Part shown: positions 15,817 to 24,489 of the stretch, piece after piece
Position numbering within the stretch: position 1 is the first letter of the stretch
Layout: every line of letters starts with the position of its first letter
NCBI RefSeq assembly: GCF_000015805.1
Contig: NC_009073.1
Coordinates: 1,170,001-1,202,000 of the forward strand
Source: Pyrobaculum calidifontis JCM 11548
GTDB taxonomy: Archaea > Thermoproteota > Thermoprotei > Thermoproteales > Thermoproteaceae
Length of the DNA stretch: 32,000 bases
Direction: 5' to 3'
Program-made: the position numbers and the translations under genes
The notes under the pieces: generated by a model
Databases searched by the model: none
What the model was told of the DNA's origin: nothing
Seen by the model: only the letters and a program-made list of their open reading frames with translations

Positions 15817-16130
15817 TGGGCTTCCTGGGTTTTTGTTTCTGGCAGTTTTTAAGTTTTTCTTTGGCGATTTCTGGGAGTCGTACGGGGCCATTGATGTCTT
15901 GATCTATTATTAGTATAGTGGTTTGTTTGCCGCCTCTTTCAATTGTGGCATAGTTGAAGGTGCGTTTTTGATTTTCGGCGCCGGTGTACGCTTTTCTCCT
16001 GCACGACGTTTTTTAAATTGGATCCCCGCGATATATAAATGCCGAACGGCGAAGAGAGCTGAAATATAGACAAAGATAAAGGGCAAGTTGCACGACGTTT
16101 TAAAAACGCCGAAATGTATATAGATACGTC
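15817..16130 (-). promoter_or_regulatory. Leader of CRISPR array 1 (copy 1 of duplicated leader)
   Basis: It abuts the intact end of the array and is near-identical in blocks to 20532-20840. Minus-strand TATA candidates are TTTAAAAAA (16017-16009) and TTTATATAT (16040-16032). Confidence 0.75.
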
Positions 16131-16214
16131 ATGAGTTATATAGATGTTAGAGCACTGGGTTGCCGCGTTTTGCGGGTTGTCGGCGTGGACTGTTCTAGGG
16201 GCTTGTCGTGTGGC

Positions 16215-17042
16215 CTACCGCTGGCCGCCGTCTTTGGCTGTTTCGCCGGGGCAGGGGAGGGGGGTGGCGCGGACTACGCCTAGGCCCATGCCGCGGCCTG
16301 TGCCCACGTTGAAGGCCTCCATTAGGCGGATGGTCTTCCACACGTCGGCGAGGCGCCTCTTGCCGTAGATGCGGTAGAGGGCCCACCCCACGAAGCCCCT
16401 GGCGACGCCGCCGTTTGGAAGCTTCACTGTCCTCACGCAGGAGCCGCGCCTCCTGCACCAGCACCCCACGTCGGTGAGGGCGACGTAGGTGTAGACCCAG
16501 CGGAGGAAGGGCGCGCCGAGCTTCAACAGGCCGAGCTCCCTCCCGTGCCTCACCGCGGACTTGAAGAGGGTCAGGGGGCGGGGAAGGAAGTCGAAGAGGG
16601 CCCGCCTCCTCTTGTAAAGCGGCGGCACGGCGAACCTCGTCGGGGTGAGGAACTCCAGCTTAAAGCACCTCGCCTCGGGGAGGGGGTCCAGCCACACGTC
16701 CCGCATCTCCACCTCAGCCACCTCCACCCTCCGCCCAAAGAGCTCCACCCCACCCCCCAGGAGCCGCTCCACAAACCCCCTCGCCAGCCCCTCACCCGCG
16801 AAGCCCACCCGAAACTCCAAGAGGTCCCCCGGCCCCACCACAGCCAAGTCCACCACCGGCCTCCCCCCGACGAAGAGCGGCGTCACGGAGAAGGGCTTCG
16901 GCCCCGCGCCGTGGAGAGAGGGGTCAGTCAGCCTAAGCACCAGCGACTCCACCACAGTCCCCGTGAACCCCCCCAGCGAGAACCCCTCCCGAGCCGCCAA
17001 CACCACCCGCACCACATACGCCACACGTGACGCACACCCCAC
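16215..17042 (-). CDS. cas6: Cas6 crRNA endoribonuclease
   Basis: The C-terminal glycine-rich loop FNVGTGRGMGLGVV (the G-h-G-x5-G-h-G type) follows a two-RAMP-like body. The track start, GTG 17042, directly abuts minus-strand TTTTTATAT (17051-17043). The true start is therefore more likely GTG 17024 or 17015. Confidence 0.8.
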   Translation of the reverse strand: MGCASRVAYVVRVVLAAREGFSLGGFTGTVVESLVLRLTDPSLHGAGPKPFSVTPLFVGGRPVVDLAVVGPGDLLEFRVGFAGEGLARGFVERLLGGGVELFGRRVEVAEVEMRDVWLDPLPEARCFKLEFLTPTRFAVPPLYKRRRALFDFLPRPLTLFKSAVRHGRELGLLKLGAPFLRWVYTYVALTDVGCWCRRRGSCVRTVKLPNGGVARGFVGWALYRIYGKRRLADVWKTIRLMEAFNVGTGRGMGLGVVRATPLPCPGETAKDGGQR

Positions 17043-17795
17043 ATATAAAAACGTGTCAGACGCAGGTCCCGCGCAGAGCTACGCCGCTGGCTACATCCGC
17101 GCCAACGGAAACTGCGTCAACACGGCCAAACCCTCCATTCAGACGGCGGTACCACGGACGAGGCATACATCGACGCAGTATGGGCTAGGCCGACACCTCG
17201 GCGGTGTAGGCGCTCCCGCCTGTGCTTGTGGAGGTGACCTCAGTAGCTGAAACGCATCGTAGAGCCTCCTCTGCCACTCGGGGCCCAGAGTTCCCTTGGG
17301 CCCACACACTTACGCCAAGAAGTGCTTTATGTCCAAGACAAACGTCTCTGAGAAGCAGACGCGCCCAGCCACGTGAAGCACTTTTCGCCCAATGGCGGCG
17401 CCGATGGAGCGTGCCCAAAGGGACCTCTCGCAGAGAAGACCTCCACATTGGGCCACTGCCCCTCCTGACCCCCATCCCCCTTGAAGATTCTCACAAGCCT
17501 AGTCTTAAGAGGCCTCCGAGCCGCCTTGTGCATAAACGACGCGATTACCAGACAGAAACCCGTCGACTTCCTCTAGCGTTTCGGCACCACTTCTTAAAAG
17601 CATCCGTGGTCCCGCCCTCCTAACTCGCCCATCTGAGCAGCCGTGGTACACACAGCCGATGGGCGCGACCTCCCCACGCATGATAGCTTCCGGCTGTTGC
17701 CCACTGACCTGTCGTATGCTACTGCGTGTTCGACGCCCTCGCCCGCCCAACGGCCGCACAAACTCGCGTAGTCCTTGACGAGGCCCCACCGGCGG

Positions 17796-18047
17796 CTACC
17801 TGGGCCGATTGTGCCAAAGCCACCACGCGGCGACTCCCGCCATGGCCATTGCGTAGAGCGCCGCGGCCGAGACCGCGATGGCCCACGACATGAGGGGATG
17901 CCTCCACACGACGAACGCCGCCACAACGGCGAGGGCAAACAACGCCGTCAAATACGCCGCCGCCTTAAGCGCCGACTGGAGAATCCACGCCACTGTAAAA
18001 CCCGCCGCAAAGGCCAAGAGAAAGATGGCGACAAAGAAAACCAACAT
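17796..18047 (-). CDS. Hypothetical small membrane protein (83 aa, ~3 TM)
   Basis: MLVFFVAIFLLAFAAGFTVAWILQSALKAAAYLTALFALAVVAAFVVWRHPLMSWAIAVSAAALYAMAMAGVAAWWLWHNRPR is uniformly hydrophobic with short polar loops. No homology recognised. Confidence 0.4.
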   Translation of the reverse strand: MLVFFVAIFLLAFAAGFTVAWILQSALKAAAYLTALFALAVVAAFVVWRHPLMSWAIAVSAAALYAMAMAGVAAWWLWHNRPR

Positions 18048-18155
18048 ACATCAAACAAAGTTCATTGAATTTAAGCTATAGCTACCACTGCCAAGACAAC
18101 GAAGCCACATGGTGCAAAACAGCACTATGAACAAAAGCTAAGAAGAACGCTTGGC

Positions 18156-20531
18156 CTTTTAATCCACTCCTAGAGATTCGGTATTAGATACGGTGACTGG
18201 TAAGGGGTTTGCCGTGATTACGTCCTTTCAATCCTCTTCTTGAGATTCTTGCCAAGTACGGCTTCGACGTTGAGGATATAATACCGTCGGTGGCTTTCAA
18301 TCCTCTTCTTGAGATTCCTACCCTTCCTCTCGATGGTGCCCTGGAGAGAGATACTCAGCTTTCAATCCTCTTCTTGAGATTCTCACTATAGGAAGCGGGG
18401 CTATACGGTAGATACATACTATGAGCTTTCAATCCTCTTCTTGAGATTCTGGCCACGTGGTGCATGGTTATGATAACCACGCCGAGGCGTTAGCTTTCAA
18501 TCCTCTTCTTGAGATTCTGTAGGTAGCTGTTTCCCCTTAACCCCCTCCTTAAGCCTTTGGTATCTTTCAATCCTCTTCTTGAGATTCGGTGGGTGGAGGT
18601 GGAGGTGCTATGACTGGCGAGTACGAGAGACTAACTTTCAATCCTCTTCTTGAGATTCTCGTGACAGTCAACGGCCCCTCCAGTGGGTGTGACAACGGCG
18701 CTTTCAATCCTCTTCTTGAGATTCATCTAGAGACTCGGTGGGGGTGTATATGTCCCACAGCTTCTTAACTTTCAATCCTCTTCTTGAGATTCCGCCAGGT
18801 CGGCGGCGGCCTTGTACACCCACCTCCTCACCTTCCGCTTTCAATCCTCTTCTTGAGATTCTGGGAGTCCACGCTTACGGATATCATTTTCACGTCGTTG
18901 TTCTTTCAATCCTCTTCTTGAGATTCTGCTTTATGACAAGAAGACACGTGGATGCGACCACAGTAGGAACTTTCAATCCTCTTCTTGAGATTCCTATAGG
19001 GGCAAAGTGCGCCTACTGTGCACTGATGTGGGGTGCATTGTCTTTCAATCCTCTTCTTGAGATTCGAGCGCACGTAAAGCGCTAGAGGGGGCGCGCACGT
19101 TCTTGCTAACTTTCAATCCTCTTCTTGAGATTCCGTCCCCCGTCGTCGCCAGGACAACGTCGTTGTTGGAGAAGCTTTCAATCCTCTTCTTGAGATTCCC
19201 ACAAACAATGCCCGCGCGCCTAGGCGCGCGCGGGAAAGCGCCTTTCAATCCTCTTCTTGAGATTCTGGTAAATGCACAGCGATTAATTCCATTTTTGCAC
19301 CAGTAGACTTTCAATCCTCTTCTTGAGATTCCCTCCACCTTCTCTGTCCTGGCGCTTAGGGGTCTCGTGGCTTTCAATCCTCTTCTTGAGATTCCTCTCA
19401 AGTCCACGTGGCGGGGCGCCAGCTCCTCAATACGCCCTTTCAATCCTCTTCTTGAGATTCCAAATCTACCGCCGTTATACTCAATCATAGCGGCATAGTA
19501 TCTTTCAATCCTCTTCTTGAGATTCTCCTAAAGCGACCCTCCTTGCAACACTTCGCCACTAGCCACAGCCTTTCAATCCTCTTCTTGAGATTCCCCCCCA
19601 CCTACCGATACGTGGCGCGTGGCCCCGTGGTGCTGCTTTCAATCCTCTTCTTGAGATTCTACCAGCTTGACGTAGGCGGTGCCAGGCACCACCTCGCCCT
19701 CGACTTTCAATCCTCTTCTTGAGATTCCTACACAGCCTCTATGTGCACTTGCCCCAGGCCTGGCTAAGTGCTTTCAATCCTCTTCTTGAGATTCCGCGCC
19801 GTGCATGTGGGCCGCATGGGCGCGCAAAATATGTAGTCTTTCAATCCTCTTCTTGAGATTCCCACGTCGAAACCCACGTGGGGGGCCAGAGCGTTGACTA
19901 GCCTTTCAATCCTCTTCTTGAGATTCGCGGGCGAGGGCCACAGACACGGTCTCGCTTATGGACGCGTCTTTCAATCCTCTTCTTGAGATTCGGCGCTTGT
20001 CTACCAAATCTCGATTGGCAAGAGACAAGTGCAACTTTCAATCCTCTTCTTGAGATTCCGAGGCCCACGGCGGCGAGTGCGACATCTATAGCCAGACCGC
20101 TTTCAATCCTCTTCTTGAGATTCATTACTGTGGACATGGCTCCTCGAATATCCGCCTTAACTGTGACTTTCAATCCTCTTCTTGAGATTCCAGCCACGGG
20201 TTAACCACCACTTGAAACAGTGTCACATATGCGTAAATGCTTTCAATCCTCTTCTTGAGATTCAGGTGCCTGTTTGCAGAAGGCTATGATGAACGCACTA
20301 TAAACGACTTTCAATCCTCTTCTTGAGATTCGACAAAATAGTCAACGGCTTTCAACACGACATATAGCTGTATACCTTTCAATCCTCTTCTTGAGATTCC
20401 GCTTATTGAAAAGCCAAGCGAGTACGCCCATATCGGCAGGCCTTTCAATCCTCTTCTTGAGATTCGGTGAAGGTGGCCACAGTGCTTAAGGCCCTGTGCA
20501 AAAAGCTCTTTCAATCCTCTTCTTGAGATTC
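18156..20531 (-). CRISPR. CRISPR array 2: 36 repeat copies (35 exact plus 1 degenerate trailer copy), 35 spacers
   Basis: Same 24-nt repeat as array 1. Exact copies start at 18225, 18294, 18359 ... 20442, 20508. A degenerate copy CTTTTAATCCACTCCTAGAGATTC (4 mismatches) is at 18156-18179. Repeat periods are 63-73 nt, giving spacers of 39-49 nt. Orientation is assigned as for array 1. Confidence 0.97.
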
Positions 20532-20840
20532 TGGGCTTCCTGGGTTTTTGTTTCTGGCGGTTTTTAAGTTTTTCTTTGGTGTATTTCAGAGAGCGTGTGA
20601 CGTGTTTTTGAGCTTGTTTAATTGGAGCCTTACGGCTTGTACGCTACTTCTTTCAACTGTGGCATAGTTGATGGCGTGTTTTTGCACCTCGGCGCCGGTG
20701 TACGCTTTTCTCCTGCACGACGTTTTTTAAATTGGATCTCCACGATATATAAATGCCGAACGGCGAAGAGAGCTGAAATATAGACAAAGGCCAAGGGAGA
20801 GTTGTACGACGATTTAAAAGCGCCGACATCTATATAGGTT
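20532..20840 (-). promoter_or_regulatory. Leader of CRISPR array 2 (copy 2 of duplicated leader)
   Basis: The first 48 nt (TGGGCTTCCTGGGTTTTTGTTTCTGGCGGTTTTTAAGTTTTTCTTTGG) differ from 15817-15864 at one position. A second conserved block at 20650-20837 matches 15936-16123. Confidence 0.75.
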
Positions 20841-21050
20841 TCATATGTTGCCTAGGACGGGCTAGTGGTTTTCTAAGACAATGGGGCTGTTGTCCCTTTT
20901 GAGGATTCCAAGCGAAGTAGGGTACCCTGGGCGCCGGTGGGTTGCCGCGGTGGCTTGTCGCTTCTTTCATAGCTGGCGCGTGTGGAGCGGCTTGAGGGCC
21001 CACCTTTGCGTTTCTAGTGGGGCCTGGGCTGATTCCGCGTGGGCTCTGTC

Positions 21051-22466
21051 TCAAGTCTCTTCTTCTAGCTTTTTTAAGAGCTCGTTTGCCAGTTTGTTTA
21101 GTTCCTCCTTGTCTATTAGCCCCGTGGGCAGTTCGACTTCTATGTCTCTGTCGCTTAGCTTGAGTCTAGCGTTGTCGTCTCTGCTCAGCCTCCCGTGCAT
21201 TAGCCTGTTTCGGTACTGCCGCACTCTCTCGAAGACGGGGTCTCTCTTCACAAGGTCCGCCTCTGCCTTCGCCCACTCGCTGTCCCCCACCTTTGCCTCG
21301 CCTCGCGTGCCCTTGCGCCATAGGCTGAGTGCCACGGCCCACTCGCGGGCTATGGATAGGGCCCTGTCGGCGTACTCTCTCTCCGCCAGGAGTCTGAGGC
21401 CTTTTTGGACGAATTCGACGTTGGTGCCGCTGCGCAGCTCCGAGACTGCTCTTTTCGTCAGCGTCAGCGCTATGCTTGTGACAGGCGGCCAGGGGGGCTC
21501 CCCCGCGTGTCGGCCCCACTCCTCGTGCGGCTTGTCGTCGAGTGGGAGCTCTTGAGAGACGAGGCGGCTGAACTTCTGCTCGGCCTCCTCCAGCTCTTCG
21601 CCCAGCTCCTCGACCAGCCTCCGCGCGGCTACCAACTGCCCGCTCCTAAGCGCCCACAGCAGTTGGGCGCCCTTCTTGAGCAACGCGTTTACCCCGCTGT
21701 ACACATCTCTGTACTTGCCCAGCCTCTCTCCCACCTCTCTGTAGTACCTTACGGGGAGGAGCCTCTCGTCGAGCCACTTCCACGCCTGTCCCCCCGCCGC
21801 CACCTCTCCCACTGCCCTCGTGGCCTCGTCGAGGCGTAGGAACTCGACTCTGGCACCCTCCTCGACTCTGACCATGACGGGGGCCGCGTAGATCTCCACC
21901 TCGGCGTCGTAGGCTATGGGCAACAGCGCGGCCGCCAGCAAGGTGGCTGAGATCAGCACGTTTGTGCCGTGCGTCACATCGACGTAGAGCCGGCCGGAGT
22001 CCTTGGCGTACTTTGAGAGGATTAGGTACACGGAGCTGAAGACGAGGTTGAAGCCGTAGCTGGGGAACTCCCTCGCACCGCCGCGCTCTACGCGCACCTC
22101 GTTCCCCTCCTCCACCAGCCTGAGAGGCGAGGCGATTCCCGGGTGGGGGACCACGTAGCAGTCAAAGCCTCTCCTAAGGAGCTCGTGGACAGCGGCGTCT
22201 TCAAAAGAATCTGATTCTCTAGCAAAGAGCCTGCGTCCCCCATAGCGCGACTTGGCCTCCAAAAGCTTTCGGTAGCTCTCGCAGTGGCCTTCCTCAAACA
22301 GCGTCTCGGGGACAATGACGGCGAGCTTTGCCGGGCTTTTAGCCCTGGCCAAGGCCGCGGCGCTGATGAAAGACCTGTACTCACTGCCGTCGACGACGTA
22401 CGTCACTTGGCGGTACTGAGAGACGTCGCCGCCGAGCCAGACCAGGGCGCCCCCGCCAGAGCCCAT
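21051..22466 (-). CDS. csx1: Csx1-family CARF-HEPN ribonuclease (predicted cyclic-oligoadenylate-activated effector)
   Basis: It has the CARF motif YVDVTHGTNV and the C-terminal HEPN R-x4-H motif (RQYRNRLMHGRL), and is 471 aa. Minus-strand TATA ATTTTTATAC (22493-22484) lies about 20-27 nt upstream of ATG 22466. Confidence 0.8.
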   Translation of the reverse strand: MGSGGGALVWLGGDVSQYRQVTYVVDGSEYRSFISAAALARAKSPAKLAVIVPETLFEEGHCESYRKLLEAKSRYGGRRLFARESDSFEDAAVHELLRRGFDCYVVPHPGIASPLRLVEEGNEVRVERGGAREFPSYGFNLVFSSVYLILSKYAKDSGRLYVDVTHGTNVLISATLLAAALLPIAYDAEVEIYAAPVMVRVEEGARVEFLRLDEATRAVGEVAAGGQAWKWLDERLLPVRYYREVGERLGKYRDVYSGVNALLKKGAQLLWALRSGQLVAARRLVEELGEELEEAEQKFSRLVSQELPLDDKPHEEWGRHAGEPPWPPVTSIALTLTKRAVSELRSGTNVEFVQKGLRLLAEREYADRALSIAREWAVALSLWRKGTRGEAKVGDSEWAKAEADLVKRDPVFERVRQYRNRLMHGRLSRDDNARLKLSDRDIEVELPTGLIDKEELNKLANELLKKLEEET

Positions 22467-22515
22467 ATACAGTGTAGGGGGCGTATAAAAATGCTTGCGC
22501 CCCCTCGCAGCCTCT

Positions 22516-23304
22516 TCAGCAGGGCGTCTCTAGGGCGTCGATGAGGGCGGCTATGTGGGGCGCGAGGGTCCTCCGCCTGGCCTCCTCGGCCAGCACGCCG
22601 AGCTCCACGAGGTGGTGGGGGTCGACGCCCCACGCCTTGGCCAAGTCCTCGGGCTCCCCCTCGCCTCTCGCCACCTGCCTCGCGGTTGGGTGTAGGTCGA
22701 TGGGGAGGAGGCCTAGGCTGACTACGTCGCGGAAGCTCTCGTGGACGTAGAAGACGTCGAGGGCCCCCGCGAGGTAGGCCGCCACCACGGCGAAGGTGGA
22801 CTCCGGCTTGTAGCCCCCCGTGGCCACGACGTACGGATTCACGCCCCTCGCCTTGGCGCACTTGACGTCTCTCGCCACGGCCCTGGCCAGCTCCCCCAGT
22901 GACCTGGAGAAGTCCCGGCCCAGGCCCGGCACCACCTTCACCTCGGCGGCGCAGTCCTCCGTCGACACGCCCAGCTTGGCCAGCGCCCTGCAGAAGGCCC
23001 CCTCCAGCGCCCGCGCCGCAAGGCGGCCGGCCCCGGTGTCAGAGGCGTAGAGGGCGGCCCTCACCCGCCTAAAGAGGGCGGGCCACCTCTTCGCCACCTT
23101 AGCCACAGTGTTCAACTCCGCGCAACACCTCTCGGGGTCCGCCACGGCGAACTCCACCAGCCTCTCCACGGGGCCCCGCTCCGCCTCCTCCTGCCTCGGG
23201 TCGTCCGGCGCCAGCCTTGACCAAACCTCGGGGACAATCCCCTCCCTAGCCGCGTTAGCCAAGATAGACGTCCCCACGGTAATTGCAAAGAAGCTCGGCT
23301 TCAT
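22516..23304 (-). CDS. CARF-domain-only protein (APE2256/Csm6-N-like family) with C-terminal helical/wHTH-like tail; candidate ring nuclease or cOA sensor
   Basis: ORF 22516..23322, trimmed to ATG 23304, because minus-strand TTTTTTATAG (23332-23323) abuts ATG 23322. Motifs: FFAITVGTSIL (GTS), CAELNT and VVATGGYKPES. No HEPN or other nuclease motif is present. Confidence 0.65.
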   Translation of the reverse strand: MKPSFFAITVGTSILANAAREGIVPEVWSRLAPDDPRQEEAERGPVERLVEFAVADPERCCAELNTVAKVAKRWPALFRRVRAALYASDTGAGRLAARALEGAFCRALAKLGVSTEDCAAEVKVVPGLGRDFSRSLGELARAVARDVKCAKARGVNPYVVATGGYKPESTFAVVAAYLAGALDVFYVHESFRDVVSLGLLPIDLHPTARQVARGEGEPEDLAKAWGVDPHHLVELGVLAEEARRRTLAPHIAALIDALETPC

Positions 23305-23583
23305 GCCACCCGTACTGCCCATCTATAAAAAAGTTAAAAGAGGTAGCCCCCACCCTGAGGTTCGCCTCAGCGACCACAATTCAATCGCCAGACTTACATT
23401 GGCACAGAGTCCATGTATGTTTTCTGTAGGTCATACAACGCCGCTCCCCTTGGCATAGGGGCGCTCAAGATGCTTATTCACACAATTTTCTCACGAGCAA
23501 CAAGCTAAAGTCCTTCTTAATTTAAGTAGTTCTATTCTGCGTACTTGCCATCACGCAGTAGAAGTCTCCTACTGCTATACTTG

Positions 23584-24489
23584 TCATTTTTCGTCTTCTA
23601 CGGTGGCAAGAATAGCTACCTCTGGGAAGTGCGGTATCCACTCCATAGACTCCACCAGGCTGGTCCTGAGGTCTATTTCTCGCGCGTCTCTGCGCACTTC
23701 TCTGCTCATTAGATAGATCTTAGTCCACTTCCTCGTTGCGCCTCTTATGAAGTCTATGTTGTGCGTAGAAGCTACGAAAAACAGCTTGGCCCCCCGCTCC
23801 TCTGCCCTCTTTGTGAGAACGGCGGCGAGGTGGCCGAGGAAGAAGGCTTGTAGCGGCCCGGCGTGGGCCTCCGGCTCTTCGACGAAGAGGTAGACTGGCC
23901 TTTCCCCGGTTGCAGCGTAGGCGTATTTGAGCCCCGCGGCCACCATGGCGGCGGAGAGGCCTGCCGGGAGTTGGCGTAGCCCCGCCCCCGAAGGGCCTGC
24001 GCGGTCTCTCCAGCGGATTTCCCCGCCGTCTACCGCCAGCTCGATGGGCAGTAGGTCGGCCGCGTCGGCCTTTAGCCCCATCTCTCTTATTGCCCTCTCC
24101 ATACGCGCCAGCTCCTCCTCCACTGCGGCTTCTGCCTCTGCCAAGAGCTTTGGATCGGCGAGGCGCCTCATTGAGAGAAGCGCCTTAAGCCCCCTCGGCT
24201 TTAGCGCAAATCCGCCGGAGGTCTCTGTCCCAATTTCTGCGAATTTGGCAACGGATCTGTAGGCGTCTAGGAAGAAGACGTGTCCCCTCTCCTCCGTGCA
24301 CCTCGCCGCTGTCTCTGGGCACTCCAGCTCCGCTGGTCCTCCCAGCGCCCTGGCTATACTGCACAGCGTAAGCGACTTGCCCGAGGCGTTTGGCCCAACG
24401 AAGAGGGTGACGGGGGCCAGCTCCACCTCCGCGTCCAGCGCCACTGTCCACCCGCCAAGCTGGAACTTTGCAGAGACTCTGCACGTCAT
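23584..24489 (-). CDS. Stand-alone ABC/RecF-like (AAA_15/21-type) ATPase, translationally coupled to cmr3
   Basis: Walker A FVGPNASGKSL, signature-like QLPAGLSAAM, Walker B with DEPE-type tail VYLFVEEPEAHAGP, and H-loop FVASTHN. Its ATG 24489 overlaps the cmr3 stop as ATGA. Confidence 0.8.
   Translation of the reverse strand: MTCRVSAKFQLGGWTVALDAEVELAPVTLFVGPNASGKSLTLCSIARALGGPAELECPETAARCTEERGHVFFLDAYRSVAKFAEIGTETSGGFALKPRGLKALLSMRRLADPKLLAEAEAAVEEELARMERAIREMGLKADAADLLPIELAVDGGEIRWRDRAGPSGAGLRQLPAGLSAAMVAAGLKYAYAATGERPVYLFVEEPEAHAGPLQAFFLGHLAAVLTKRAEERGAKLFFVASTHNIDFIRGATRKWTKIYLMSREVRRDAREIDLRTSLVESMEWIPHFPEVAILATVEDEK

Noticed and set aside
15348-20507. Self-targeting spacers, or spacers shared between the two arrays
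   Set aside because: I saw no duplicate spacers between the arrays or obvious matches elsewhere in the window by eye. An exhaustive spacer-versus-window and spacer-versus-genome search is needed, so no claim is made.
15355-20514. Track ORFs running through the CRISPR arrays (for example 15355..15558, 18738..19085, 19045..19488, 19103..19306, 19898..20197, 19983..20204, 20311..20514) with recurring FNPLLEI or ISRRGLK peptides
   Set aside because: The recurring peptides are simply translations of the 24-nt repeat in different frames. These ORFs are artefacts of the repeat-spacer structure.
20838-21050. Weak similarity between the regions beyond the two leaders (GGGTTGCCGCG and GGCTTGTCG shared near 16155-16210 and 20938-20962), suggesting a cas6 3' remnant next to leader 2; also ORF 20830..21054 (-)
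   Set aside because: Only two short words match, with different spacing. The 74-aa Pro-rich ORF does not resemble the Cas6 C-terminus. An alignment program would be needed to say more.
20881-21555. 224-aa plus-strand ORF rich in Ser/Leu (…SSSSFFKSSFASLFSSSLSISPVGSSTSMSLSLSLSLALSSLLSL…)
   Set aside because: It lies antisense to the 3' part of csx1, which has clear CARF and HEPN motifs. It is a low-complexity shadow frame with no promoter or motif support.
23537-23575. Two adjacent hairpins just downstream of the ATPase-1 stop (CTGCGT...ACGCAG, and GCAGTAG-aagtctc-CTACTGC at 23555-23575)
   Set aside because: This could be a terminator, but archaeal termination mainly needs oligo-T tracts and none follows on the minus strand. 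There is not enough evidence to annotate one.
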